64,000 nucleotides of DNA from Candidatus Poribacteria bacterium (GCA_022826645.1 JAJDUM010000046.1:11833-75832), one strand, 5' to 3'; numbered from the stretch's first letter, positions 20,186 through 30,228 are shown. Translations and numbers: made by a program. The notes: a model not told the origin generated them from the sequence alone.

Positions 20186-20974
20186 ATGGACTTAGGGTTG
20201 AAAGGAAAGCGGACAATCGTAACGGGCGGGAGCCGCGGTATTGGTCGGTGTTGTGCGTTGGCACTCGGTCGGGAAGGTGCTCGGGTTTGTGTTACCGCCC
20301 GCGACCAAGGACTTTTGGATGAGGTTGTTAGCGAGATTAACGGGGTTGGCGGTGAGGGACACAGTGTTGCGGTAGACTTAACGAGTCTGGAAAGCTGCCA
20401 AAGGGTTGTGATCGAAACTGTGGAACATTGGGGCGGCGTTGATATTTTGGTCAACTGTGCAGGCGCAGCGAGGGGAGCCGACATTTTAGACCTGCCTACC
20501 GAGTTGATTGATGACGCACTGAGTTTGAAGAGTTATAGCTACCTGCGACTGTCGCAATTTGTGATACCGCACATGCAAGAGAACGGCTGGGGTCGTATTG
20601 TTAATGTTGCAGGCGGGGCAGGGACTAGTCCCACCAGTGGTAACATTCCGGTAAGCCTTGCCAACATCACCATTCTAAATATGACGCGTGCGCTTTCGGA
20701 TGCGGTTTCCGGGGATGGGATTCTGGTAAACACGATTTGTCCGGGACTTACTAACACCCAGCGGGCACGTGATGTGCAGCAATCGGGTGCGGCTGAGGCG
20801 GGTAAAGATGTGGAGGAGGTGCTTCGAGAGCTCGGCAACGAACTTCCCGCAGGACGCATCGCCGAACCGGAGGAGATTGCCAACGTGGTGGCATTTTTGG
20901 CGTCAGAGCCGTGTTCGTATGTGTTCGGCAGCTCGATATATATGGACGGTGGAGGGAGACGGGGGACACCCTAG
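20186..20974 (+). CDS. SDR family oxidoreductase
   Basis: TGGSRGIGRCCALAL Rossmann motif; start MDLGLKGKRTIV with an AGGAGGAGGA RBS (the track ORF starts at 20111). Confidence 0.85.
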   Translation: MDLGLKGKRTIVTGGSRGIGRCCALALGREGARVCVTARDQGLLDEVVSEINGVGGEGHSVAVDLTSLESCQRVVIETVEHWGGVDILVNCAGAARGADILDLPTELIDDALSLKSYSYLRLSQFVIPHMQENGWGRIVNVAGGAGTSPTSGNIPVSLANITILNMTRALSDAVSGDGILVNTICPGLTNTQRARDVQQSGAAEAGKDVEEVLRELGNELPAGRIAEPEEIANVVAFLASEPCSYVFGSSIYMDGGGRRGTP

Positions 20975-21045
20975 TGAAACGTGATGCATGAAACGTAAAA
21001 ATAGTTTGTTCATAGGTTCATTAATAAACTTCTGAACCTATGAAC
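20974..21045 (+). repeat. GTGAAACGTGA element, copy 3, with a 13-bp perfect hairpin tail
   Basis: gtgaaacgtgatgcatgaaacgtaaaaa...gttcataggttca(ttaataaacttc)tgaacctatgaac. Confidence 0.6.
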
Positions 21046-21191
21046 TCTCCGATAAATCGGGATCCAAAACGGCTTGAACGATGTGGAAATAACCTGCTCA
21101 CCAACTGCTCTCACAGGCTAATACCGACCTGCTAGCCGATAGGGTGGGTACCGTCCACCTTATCGGTTGTACTTACACAAAACAGCTGCTA

Positions 21192-21254
21192 CAGGACTTA
21201 CGCATTTCAGGACGGAGCAAGATGCCCCACCTACGGTTGGCTGCGTAAGTCCTG
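21192..21254. mobile_element. MITE-like element with 13-bp perfect TIRs CAGGACTTACGCA / TGCGTAAGTCCTG enclosing a REP-like hairpin
   Basis: caggacttacgca...ggagcaagatgccccacctacgg...ctgcgtaagtcctg. Confidence 0.5.
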
Positions 21255-21260
21255 TGCTAC

Positions 21261-22028
21261 TTACCACAGAATTGGTTGTCCGCCGGATCTTACTAACTTG
21301 CGTTCGGGCTTGTGCAGAATTTCTGGCACGGGCCGCTGATTGATTTTATCGGGCGCAAGCTGGTAACCGATTTGGCTGAGCATATGTTTTCTAATATCGG
21401 CTTTCAGCTGGTCCGGTTCAACGCGACTGGTATGTCTCGCTGGATCCTGCGTGTTGAATTCGCGGATATACTTTGTGTATCCAACAAACCCGCCGTTATC
21501 CCAGATAACACTCCCGGACTTTGTATCAACGGCTTTCACCTGCATGTTAAGCGTTGCCCATTGATAGACTATCACGAATTTCGTGGTTCCCGATATTCCT
21601 GCCTGCGCACTCATGTCGTAGAGCGGGTTGCTATCGTATTTTTCATCCAGCTTCGGGTTCTTGATATGACCGACGATAATTATGTCGGCATTCGCCGCTT
21701 GTCCGACCTTTGCTGCGAGGGCGGGGTCGAGAAAAATATCTTCCGGTGTCAAGTTCTGCTCTGTTAAGGCAGTACCAATCGGGTTGAGTGTATCGGATTG
21801 ATCATAGATCCACTCTTTGTCCTTTTTCACAAGGCTCAGTTGTGTTGCGAGATCCAAGGGGAATCTGCGTTCCATTTCAGCGGAGTCTTCTTCGGTTGAG
21901 AACGGGGCGATAGCAATCCGTTGAAAGCTACTGATATCGAGCGGCTCAACTGCTCCGCCACAACCGCTTAGAAGCGCAACAGAGAGTAGAAGTGTTGCAT
22001 AAACATATAGTTTCATCCATCTTTTCAT
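21261..22028 (-). CDS. Putative lipoprotein of unknown function
   Basis: Signal peptide with lipobox LLSGC; AGGAAGGAG upstream. Confidence 0.5.
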   Translation of the reverse strand: MKRWMKLYVYATLLLSVALLSGCGGAVEPLDISSFQRIAIAPFSTEEDSAEMERRFPLDLATQLSLVKKDKEWIYDQSDTLNPIGTALTEQNLTPEDIFLDPALAAKVGQAANADIIIVGHIKNPKLDEKYDSNPLYDMSAQAGISGTTKFVIVYQWATLNMQVKAVDTKSGSVIWDNGGFVGYTKYIREFNTQDPARHTSRVEPDQLKADIRKHMLSQIGYQLAPDKINQRPVPEILHKPERKLVRSGGQPILW

Positions 22029-22349
22029 TTTATATTTAACGCTCCTTCCTGAGAACAGGTAAAATGTTCGTACGATTCAGTTGGGGCTTCCCCGGCAAAA
22101 GGGGTTTTTGGGTTAGCTGATGCAACCTTCGAGCCCCGATTTCATTGAGATGTTCGGATAAAGTTTTCGGTTATTGCAGTCTCCCGAACTGATGAAATTA
22201 TCAGTTTCGGATACAGAGATTATAGCATGGTCTCTTTTTTCTGTCAACGCTTGTCTTTAATGAAAATTTAACAAATCAGTGAAACGCAACGAATTTCAGT
22301 TGATGTTAGGGGTCACCGTTGAAGTGCGTTTACCGACCTGATCTTCCCC

Positions 22350-23921
22350 CTATGACACCCCATACCCGTGAGGACCGAGATCTGGATCTACATAGCCACG
22401 ATGGAAGTTCCTGCCCATCACGTATTTGAGTTCCAACTCAACGTCGCGCAGGGAAACTGCACCCAGCACATCGGGGTCGCGCTCAAGCAGGGTGACCTCT
22501 AGTTCATTCTCTCCGTGACGGGGACCATGTGCCGGATCGAGCCGAAAGATGAACCAGTACGTGGGACCGGATCGGTTACGTGGTCCACTCATGCGATACA
22601 TCTGGTTGATTTTACGCAGAATGCTTTCCGGCAGTTGTTTTCCGTTAAGGCTGAAACGGATCCGATCCAGCTCTGTCGTGCCAGCGATTCCTATCCTCAA
22701 TAACACCTCGTGCACCCGTCCTACCTTGTCCCAGCGCGGTAGATTGTCGCTGACGATGAACTTGGCGGTGACAGGTTTACTTACCTCCATCTCGATCGGT
22801 AGCTGCGTGGCTGTCCAAGGATCGTGGGGACGAGCGTTTTCGGTTGGAATGTAGTAGTATTTATCCTTTGCCTCCATGATATCGGGGTGTGGTATTTCAC
22901 GCAGCCGTTCGTAGAAATCTGCCTGATAGGGCCAGTGCGGAAACCACTGTGCCAGATAAAGCCCATCAATCCCCTGTTTCCAGTAGTTACAGGCTGTTGC
23001 GCGGACCATGGAGATAGGCGCTTCAGCGAGTCGGTCCGAGTCCACATGGCTGTGGATGGCGGCGATACAGCGGCAGGTAGAACCTTTTGCTATCGCTGCG
23101 AGTGAACGAAAATCGGTATTCGGATCTATCCGATGCGGTGCTGAGAAAGGCTCACCAACCAAGGCGTCGACAATTCCACCCTTCACCCACGTTTCCAGGT
23201 CCAGCCCGATAGATAGGGCATCTTCCAGATTTGTCGGGACGCGGACGACCAACTCTCGATCCGCTCCACTCCGCTTGACCGCTTCATGTACTCGCCCGAT
23301 CCAGTCGGTCATGATGCTAATACCTGCCTCCACCTCGTCCGGGTGAAAGTAACGGGGATAGTTGTTCAATTGTAATTCAAACCCGTCAACCGGGTATTCG
23401 TTTAAGGTCTCCTCGATTAGGTCGAAGCGTTCATCTTGGACCTCCCGGTGCCTGAAGTCGAGTCCATCGATCCAGGGTAGGTTGGGGTGCAGGTCGCCAC
23501 GCGCACGGATTTCGAGATGCGGGTTGTCTAAGCGGAAATCTGAACACCGCACCGAGGCGGTCTCCGGACCGAAATTCTGGACAAGCAGGGTGGGGTAGAG
23601 TAGCAGCCCTTTCTCGTGCGCCCGTTCGCAGACAATTCGCAGCGGATCATGCCCCTGCTCAATAAGACCTTTGGCGTTTTGGTAGGCACGATGGAAAACG
23701 AGGTGGTCCCACTTGTTTACATTGTGCCCCAACAGTTCACCCACCTTGGTGTCGTGCAGGACGGTACGTCCCTCTCCCAAGCAGAACATTATTGCCTCGA
23801 CAGGGGTGCCGACCAATTCGTCGATGCAGGCTTGGTACTGCTCTTTCTGCATGGGTGGCTCGTAGCGGTAGATGTGGGGATGGCGTCCGTCGTGGTAGAA
23901 CATGATTCGTGGTTTTGGCAT
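22350..23921 (-). CDS. Hypothetical protein (523 aa), possibly a glycoside-hydrolase-like TIM-barrel
   Basis: Long intact ORF in a coding-like frame; no confident motif. AGGAGG lies 13 nt upstream of the ATG. Confidence 0.45.
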   Translation of the reverse strand: MPKPRIMFYHDGRHPHIYRYEPPMQKEQYQACIDELVGTPVEAIMFCLGEGRTVLHDTKVGELLGHNVNKWDHLVFHRAYQNAKGLIEQGHDPLRIVCERAHEKGLLLYPTLLVQNFGPETASVRCSDFRLDNPHLEIRARGDLHPNLPWIDGLDFRHREVQDERFDLIEETLNEYPVDGFELQLNNYPRYFHPDEVEAGISIMTDWIGRVHEAVKRSGADRELVVRVPTNLEDALSIGLDLETWVKGGIVDALVGEPFSAPHRIDPNTDFRSLAAIAKGSTCRCIAAIHSHVDSDRLAEAPISMVRATACNYWKQGIDGLYLAQWFPHWPYQADFYERLREIPHPDIMEAKDKYYYIPTENARPHDPWTATQLPIEMEVSKPVTAKFIVSDNLPRWDKVGRVHEVLLRIGIAGTTELDRIRFSLNGKQLPESILRKINQMYRMSGPRNRSGPTYWFIFRLDPAHGPRHGENELEVTLLERDPDVLGAVSLRDVELELKYVMGRNFHRGYVDPDLGPHGYGVS

Positions 23922-24068
23922 GGGCGGGTTAATACCTCCTGTTTAGAGATGAACGAAGGGATTGGTAAATGTCGCCAAAATTTTGTCCGACTGTATAGGT
24001 TACAACGGTTTGTAAGATTTGAAGTTGCCAACTGTTGCAAGATCACGATAAAATTATATCATTTTGAC

Positions 24069-24110
24069 GTGAAACGTGATACGTAAAACGTGACATATGA
24101 ACCAATCGGG
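24069..24110 (+). repeat. GTGAAACGTGA element, copy 4
   Basis: gtgaaacgtgatacgtaaaacgtgacatatgaaccaatcgg. Confidence 0.6.
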
Positions 24111-24233
24111 GGAAGCGGCTTACAACCTGCCAAATTAACAGACCCGATTGACCTATAGTAACCTAAGTTGCTAGGGCGTGTTGACATTTTGCTTTACTAT
24201 TGCGAAAAACGGTCAAATGACTGGAAACGCTGC

Positions 24234-24268
24234 CAGAAACCGAGTTTTTTCTTGAAAACTCGGTTTCT
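24234..24268. repeat. Hairpin repeat family agaaaccgagtttt...aaaactcggtttct
   Basis: Copies at 24234-24268, 33899-33932 and 41641-41674. These explain the shared ETSFFLKTRFLF peptides in spurious track ORFs 24168..24362 and 33863..34078. Confidence 0.55.
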
Positions 24269-24362
24269 TTTCTGGGGATTCTATCTCGGTGAACCGGTTT
24301 ATGTCTCTCTATTATCTGGTTATGGTGAAATGTCAACAGAACCTAGCAACTCTGTCAAATAG

Positions 24363-24497
24363 ATTATGATAAGCATCTTCATTGCGATGACCGGTGCGGT
24401 TACAAACCGCACCTACCGGGCTTGGGGAACATAGAGAATTACCGATTTATGTTCTGAAACCTTATACAGTTTGTGCTACATTTTTCTGACAATGTAC
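24363..24497. repeat. About 135-bp dispersed repeat, copy A
   Basis: attatgataagcatcttcattgcgatgaccggtgcggttacaaaccgcacctaccggg...gttctgaaaccttatacagtttgtgctacatttttctgacaatgtac is near-identical to 55047-55181. A diverged copy lies at about 38140-38260. Confidence 0.65.
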
Positions 24498-24600
24498 TAG
24501 CAACTCGCGTTATAGTAGTGACTTTTGGCCTATCATCTGCCTTTAGGCTTTCAATCCTATCGCTGTAAATTGATCAAACGTTTTCTGAGGTGAATTTAAC

Positions 24601-25146
24601 ATGTCCACGAGATGGATACTTGTGTTTTTGGGGTTCTATGGGACAGTTCTACTGGTCGGGTGCGAGGCCGATGAGGGTCAAACTCCGTCTCCAGTAACAG
24701 AATCCATTGAGCCGTTCTCCACTGACCCAAATGCGGATAGACCTTCTGCCAGGGTGCTTGAACGGTACGGGATATTCTTCCCCGACGGTGTGAAGCACTC
24801 GATTCCGATGAACGAAATCCATGATGGTGGCCCTGGTATAGATGGCATTGCTCTTGACCCGACCCTTGACGGTAAAGCGGATGTCATTGACGGCGTTTCA
24901 ATTGTCCTGATCGCGAGTCCAGATTCGGACGCTGTTCGTGTTTACAAACGGAAGAACTATCAATTTGAAGGGACGTTTGAACAGGTTAGGGACAGCCGTA
25001 GCCAGACAGTGTGGAAACTTTCGGATGAGATGCTCTTGAACCCGAAAACGGGTGAATCACTTGAACGCGTCCCTGACGTATTCGTTTCCAATGCGGGGGC
25101 TTGGGCGAGGTTTTTTCCGGACACACTGATCTACCACAAACCTTAG
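24601..25146 (+). CDS. Putative lipoprotein of unknown function
   Basis: Signal peptide plus lipobox LLVGC; GAGGTGA RBS. Confidence 0.5.
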   Translation: MSTRWILVFLGFYGTVLLVGCEADEGQTPSPVTESIEPFSTDPNADRPSARVLERYGIFFPDGVKHSIPMNEIHDGGPGIDGIALDPTLDGKADVIDGVSIVLIASPDSDAVRVYKRKNYQFEGTFEQVRDSRSQTVWKLSDEMLLNPKTGESLERVPDVFVSNAGAWARFFPDTLIYHKP

Positions 25147-25490
25147 CGTGTCGGTTCGTAGGTTCGGCTTGCTGTAATCAGGGGAAACGCACCGACTCCC
25201 AACACCTGCCCAATGTACCTTTTGACACATTGTAAATAGGGTCATTTAATTCTTCGGGCGGGGCAAGATGCCCCGTCTACGATGTGGGAGGCGATTTGCC
25301 TACCCACCAAAATCGGTCAAAACAAAATCGGTCAAAACGTGGAACACTAAATAGCCCTACATTGTTAAAGATCACTGTTGCTCTGAAGGTAAGAACGTGA
25401 TACAATGGATGGTGATAGGGCTGACGCCAGAAACCATCAAAACTCAACCGCCGATGGAAAAGGATTTTCGATCTGAAGGGAGCGTTGCCA

Positions 25491-27170
25491 ATGAAAATCT
25501 TTCAGAGTTTCCTCGCCTGTCTCATTTTCTTAATTGAGTTTGTTACGTTGAACTATGCCGTTGACCTTAAAGGAGATATTATTCCCCTACCCGCTGATGA
25601 GGGTCTCCATTGGGGACATTCTGTTGACATCAGTGGGACAACACTCATCGCCGGGTATAGATCCCATCTCGGTAACAACGACGGTGTTTATATTATTGAA
25701 CGACAAGGGCAAGTGTGGGAGATATTGAATCATTTTCCGGCGCCCAATCAAGGTCAGATAGATTTCTTTGGCAATGCCATCGCTCTTGAGGGAAACTTCG
25801 CTGTGATTGGTGCCCCTGAACAGGGTACCCCACCATTTATCGGTGCATTTGGTCCTTTAGGCGAAGGTTCGGGCAAGGTTTATGTCTACCGGCGTGGAGG
25901 GGAAGGGAATTTTTCCCTGATGGGAGCCTTCAAAGCCAATGATGCCCAAGACCATGACCGCTTCGGACATTCCATTGATATCAGTGGAACAACCCTTGTT
26001 GTCAGTGCACCGTTTCACGATCAGGAAAAAGGTGCCGTTTATGTTTACGTGCTGGAAGGAACAGAATGGAAACAGCAAGCGAAGCTTCAGGCAAATGATG
26101 CAGGACGACGAAACCGGTTTGGTTGGGATTGTGCGATTAGTGCTGACACGATTGTTGTCGGCGCACCGCTTGCCGCTGCGCCCGCTCGGCTCTCGGGCAC
26201 CGCGTATGCCTTTAAGCGCCAAGGAGATGCTTGGGTACAGGTAGCAAAGTTGATTCCTCATGACGGGGACGGTGGTGACAGTTTTGGTATTTCCGTTGAC
26301 GTCAGCAAAGGTCGCGCTATCGTGGGAGCACATAGAGATGAGAATCACGGGAATAGGCGTATTTCTGGTTCAGCATATATCTTTATCGAAGTCGAGGGTG
26401 CCTACACACAGGAGGCGAAGTTAACCGCGGACGAGATACAGGAGGGTGCTAGCTTCGGGTGGGCGGTCGCAATTGATGTCAATCGCGCGCTCGTCGGTGC
26501 CCCTTATGCCGACACGATAAGAGGAGAAAATTCCGGTGCGGTTTACACTTTTTTGAAGGTCGGTCCTGATTGGGAGCTACAGACAGTAGCTATACCTGAA
26601 GAAGGACCGGATGAGGCTCAAGATTGGGCACACGGCGATAACATGGGCAGTGCCGTCGCCCTTGACGGAGAATTTGGCAGAAACTTCAACTACGCTGCTA
26701 TTGGTGTTCAGCGGGACTCCATCCCAAAACATCTGGATGGAGGTTCTGTATATCTCTTTGATACCGAAGATGTCAATAATCTTAACATACCCTTAAGTAA
26801 AAACATCGAAGATTTCAACATACCGTTGTCTGTTGAGCCTACTGGCGGGTTAGCACTCATCATGTTGGGCGATGTCAAGCGGACTGCCCTGCTTCAAAAT
26901 TTCCCCAATCCGTTTAATCCTGAGACGTGGATACCTTATACGCTCGCCGCCGATGCGGAGCTGCAGGTTGGTATTTACGATGTGGAGGGGACATTGGTTC
27001 GCCAGTTGGACATCGGACGGCAGGGTGCGGGAAGGTATCTCAGCAGGCAAACCGCAGCATATTGGGATGGCAGAGACCAATCGGGTGAATCGGTCGCGAG
27101 TGGTGTTTATTTCTATACATTAGAGGCAGACGCTTTTTCAGAGACCCGACGCATGGTTATCCGGAAATAG
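25491..27170 (+). CDS. Secreted FG-GAP-like beta-propeller repeat protein with a T9SS-type C-terminal sorting domain
   Basis: Repeats ...FGHSIDISGTTLVVSAP...GAVYVY, ...FGWDCAIS...VVGAP...GTAYAF and ...FGWAVAID...LVGAP...GAVYTF are FG-GAP-like. The C-terminus is LLQNFPNPFNPETWIPYTL...YFYTLEADAFSETRRMVIRK. ATG at 25491 with a GAAGGGAG RBS (the track start at 25485 is TTG). Confidence 0.6.
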   Translation: MKIFQSFLACLIFLIEFVTLNYAVDLKGDIIPLPADEGLHWGHSVDISGTTLIAGYRSHLGNNDGVYIIERQGQVWEILNHFPAPNQGQIDFFGNAIALEGNFAVIGAPEQGTPPFIGAFGPLGEGSGKVYVYRRGGEGNFSLMGAFKANDAQDHDRFGHSIDISGTTLVVSAPFHDQEKGAVYVYVLEGTEWKQQAKLQANDAGRRNRFGWDCAISADTIVVGAPLAAAPARLSGTAYAFKRQGDAWVQVAKLIPHDGDGGDSFGISVDVSKGRAIVGAHRDENHGNRRISGSAYIFIEVEGAYTQEAKLTADEIQEGASFGWAVAIDVNRALVGAPYADTIRGENSGAVYTFLKVGPDWELQTVAIPEEGPDEAQDWAHGDNMGSAVALDGEFGRNFNYAAIGVQRDSIPKHLDGGSVYLFDTEDVNNLNIPLSKNIEDFNIPLSVEPTGGLALIMLGDVKRTALLQNFPNPFNPETWIPYTLAADAELQVGIYDVEGTLVRQLDIGRQGAGRYLSRQTAAYWDGRDQSGESVASGVYFYTLEADAFSETRRMVIRK

Positions 27171-27193
27171 TTACCCTTATCCGTGGGGGCAAC

Positions 27194-28234
27194 ATGAAAA
27201 ATATCCTTCTCATCCGTCTCAGTTCACTTGGCGATATTGTTTTGACGTCGCCAGCTATCCGTGCGGTGCGACGGCATTTCCCGCGAGCACATATCGCAAT
27301 GCTTGTGGGGAAGCAGTTTGCTGATTTGCTCACGGCAAATCCCCATCTGGACGAGGTTATTACGTTTGACCGAAAGGCGGGGAATAAGGATACGGGTCAG
27401 ATGCGACGGGTGATTCGCCTCTTGCGAGAACGGCGTTTTGATCTGGTCATTGATTTTCAGCGCAAGTTTCGCACCAGCCTGCTCGGATATCTAAGCGGTG
27501 CGAAATGTCGCGTTGGGTACCATCAACCCAATGGGGCTCTGTGTACCGTCCGGGTGCCAGACCGTAGCAACAGAGCGGTTCGTGCGGGTCGAATTTCGTC
27601 GGCGCCCGCTATCGACCGTTACTTTGCGTTGCTCCATGCAATTGGCGCGGAGGCAACCGACAAAACATTGGAACTGTTTATTACGGATACGGATCGTGCT
27701 TTTTCACAGGAACTTATGGCTTCCAATGGAATAGCGGTGGATCGACCAAAGGTTGGGCTGTTTCCGGGAGCGGCGTGGAAGTTGCGGGAGTGGATGCCTG
27801 ACCGCTTTGCAGCGATAGGTGATCGCGCAGCACAGGAATTTGGTGCACAGGTGCTACTTTTTGGGGGACCTGCCGAGGGGGAACTTGTTCAGCAGGTAGG
27901 GGATCTCATGACAACCGAGGCGATTCCGCTCGCTGGCACGCTGCACATTCGTCAGTTGGCGGGGTTGATTGAACGGTGTGATCTATTTGTTACAAACGAT
28001 ACGGGACCGATGCACGTCGCCGCAGCGATGCAGACACCGACGGTGGCATTGTTCGGACCGGGCGACCATATCCGCTTTCAACCGCTCGACCCGATCCATA
28101 CAACTATCCGGCACCATGTACCGTGCAATCCGTGCAAACAGTTCACGAACAGGTGTAAAAACAATATCTGCATGAAGTTAATTACCGTTGATGAGGTATG
28201 GGAGACGGTGCATCAGAATTTATCAAATCCATAG
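27194..28234 (+). CDS. Glycosyltransferase family 9 (LPS heptosyltransferase-like)
   Basis: MKNILLIRLSSLGDIVLTSPAIRAV...DLFVTNDTGPMHVAAAMQTPTVALFGP is the characteristic GT9 architecture. Confidence 0.8.
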   Translation: MKNILLIRLSSLGDIVLTSPAIRAVRRHFPRAHIAMLVGKQFADLLTANPHLDEVITFDRKAGNKDTGQMRRVIRLLRERRFDLVIDFQRKFRTSLLGYLSGAKCRVGYHQPNGALCTVRVPDRSNRAVRAGRISSAPAIDRYFALLHAIGAEATDKTLELFITDTDRAFSQELMASNGIAVDRPKVGLFPGAAWKLREWMPDRFAAIGDRAAQEFGAQVLLFGGPAEGELVQQVGDLMTTEAIPLAGTLHIRQLAGLIERCDLFVTNDTGPMHVAAAMQTPTVALFGPGDHIRFQPLDPIHTTIRHHVPCNPCKQFTNRCKNNICMKLITVDEVWETVHQNLSNP

Positions 28235-28427
28235 TAGATTTTAGAATTACTGATACACTTTCAACACACAACCAACCCCCTAAATCCCCCTTGTCAGGGG
28301 GACTTTGGAAACTTTGATCGAGTCGGAGTTATTGGTAAATGTCTCCTTATTTCTCGTGTTTACTATAAGTAAAATTTGGCAATGTATAGATATAGGCTTT
28401 TCATCTATGAATGAAGGAGAAATCTTA

Positions 28428-29000
28428 ATGAATGATCGTATTGATGAAAGAAAGGTGAGTAGATATCTTTACGGAACGGCAGGTCGTGCTGGCACCTTCT
28501 GCGTGGACGGAGACATGTCGTGCGAACCTGAATATATCAAGGCGGAATGGTTGTGGCTAACGCTGGAACGCTCAGAGTTAGAAGCCCGTCTTATGCCTAT
28601 AGAGGAGAATATGATACATCCATGCGGTTCTGTTATACAATGGAATACATATTGTGGAATGAATGAACGGGCATATAGGGAGTATCGAAAATCTGATGAG
28701 TGGAAACGTAAAAGGGAAGCGGTTATGCGACGCGCCACGAAATTATTTCCTGTCCTCAGCACGACCGTAAACAGAAATGGACGTGAGATTCAGTTCATGG
28801 ATGTGGACCGACGACCTATCTGTGAAAATGACGGATGCACAGACAAAGCGATAGATGTGCATCATCTTACTTATGAGCGGATAGGCGGAGAGCGGTTAAG
28901 CGACCTGATAGCATTGTGTCGAAAATGTCATGTAGATCTGCATCGGGCAAACCAAAAGCCTGTATCTACACAATCCCTAAAATTTCAACATACTGAGTAA
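28428..29000 (+). CDS. HNH endonuclease domain protein
   Basis: C-terminal CENDGC...DVHHLTYERIGGERLSDLIALCRKCHVDLH is the HNH/zinc-finger nuclease motif. Start MNDRID with a GAAGGAGA RBS (the track ORF starts at 28305). The gene is locally AT-rich. Confidence 0.65.
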   Translation: MNDRIDERKVSRYLYGTAGRAGTFCVDGDMSCEPEYIKAEWLWLTLERSELEARLMPIEENMIHPCGSVIQWNTYCGMNERAYREYRKSDEWKRKREAVMRRATKLFPVLSTTVNRNGREIQFMDVDRRPICENDGCTDKAIDVHHLTYERIGGERLSDLIALCRKCHVDLHRANQKPVSTQSLKFQHTE

Positions 29001-29021
29001 GTCAAACAAGAAAGGAAAAAA

Positions 29022-30080
29022 ATGGCTAATCAATACAAAGAATTTCGGGTGTCCAACGATGCGATGGACGACCCTGAAGAGCTTCAGCGCCGGATCCAGG
29101 ATGAGGGGTACCTGTTCTTGAGGCAATTACAAGATCCGGACAAGCTATTGGACCTGCGGCGAGAGATGCTGACGGCCATACAGAAGGGCGGTTGGCTTGT
29201 CGCTGGAACTGATCCGATGGATGGGATCGCTGATATCTCGCGTCAATGTACGGAGGGAAATGCCGAGTACACTGACGTCTATCACGAGGTTTATAAGTTG
29301 GAATCCTTTCATCGGTCGGGTCATTGGCCTGAGGTTATCGATATGATGGAGAAGGTGATTGGCAAGTCGGTGTTGCCGCATCCCCAGAAAATTGCCCGTC
29401 TATGGTTTCCGAAATATACGGAACATACCACGCCGATACACCAAGATTTTGTGCACTTCCAAGGGAATTTTCAGACCTATACCTGCTGGGCACCTGTCGG
29501 TGATTGCCCGATCGAACTGGGTGGACTTGCACTGATACCGGGCTCACACAAGGTTGGCAAGGTTCTCGACCACCATTTCTCGCTCGGCGCTGGTGCTCAA
29601 AAGATCTACGCCGACGAGGTAGAGGGCGAGTGGCACACCACGGACTATGAGATCGGGGATTCCTTAATCTTTTTGGCGTTGACGATCCATCAGGCGTTGC
29701 CCAATTTCACAGAGGATAGACTCCGCGTCTCATTAGATAACCGATATCACGCGCTCGGCGATCCGATAGCGGAGCATATGCTGCAGCCACACCTCAACAG
29801 TTCAAGCGAGCTGCTTTGGGAGGATGTGTACAAGGATTGGCAATCGGACGACCTGAAGTATTATTGGGAGAACTTGGACCACCCGATCGTCCCCAGAGAC
29901 CTCAGCTTCGGCGAGAAGGTGTTTGCAGAGGCGTTAGATCTTGCGAGGGAAGGAGACGCACACGCGATCCTGCATCTCAACCGCATTATCAGACGGGATC
30001 CAACGTCGGATGCTGCGAAGCAGGCTATGGAAGCGTTGGAGAACGCGAAAGCGGTAGATAGTGAGGCTGCGGCGGATTGA
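29022..30080 (+). CDS. Phytanoyl-CoA dioxygenase (PhyH) family protein
   Basis: PIHQDF (HxD) and a distal LTIHQA His; 352 aa. Confidence 0.75.
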   Translation: MANQYKEFRVSNDAMDDPEELQRRIQDEGYLFLRQLQDPDKLLDLRREMLTAIQKGGWLVAGTDPMDGIADISRQCTEGNAEYTDVYHEVYKLESFHRSGHWPEVIDMMEKVIGKSVLPHPQKIARLWFPKYTEHTTPIHQDFVHFQGNFQTYTCWAPVGDCPIELGGLALIPGSHKVGKVLDHHFSLGAGAQKIYADEVEGEWHTTDYEIGDSLIFLALTIHQALPNFTEDRLRVSLDNRYHALGDPIAEHMLQPHLNSSSELLWEDVYKDWQSDDLKYYWENLDHPIVPRDLSFGEKVFAEALDLAREGDAHAILHLNRIIRRDPTSDAAKQAMEALENAKAVDSEAAAD

Positions 30081-30104
30081 TCAATGAGTTCATTCGTTCG
30101 TTTA

Positions 30105-30228
30105 CAGGACTTACGCAAATTTAGCATGCGGCGCGATATTTTTTATTTTTAACCCCCTAAATCCCGCCCCCGATAAATCGGGATGTACCACTTATCAGGG
30201 GGACTTATGAACGCGCTGCGTAAGTCCT
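30105..30228. mobile_element. MITE-like element with the same TIRs (CAGGACTTACGCA ... TGCGTAAGTCCT), about 124 bp
   Basis: The TIRs flank cccgcccccgataaatcgggatgtaccacttatcagggggactt. A solo TIR lies at 52847-52860. Confidence 0.5.

Noticed and set aside
22178-22204. Hairpin ccgaactgatgaaattatcagtttcgg as a terminator for the 22350..23921 gene
   Set aside because: There is no T-tract after the stem on the relevant strand, so it is not a convincing intrinsic terminator.
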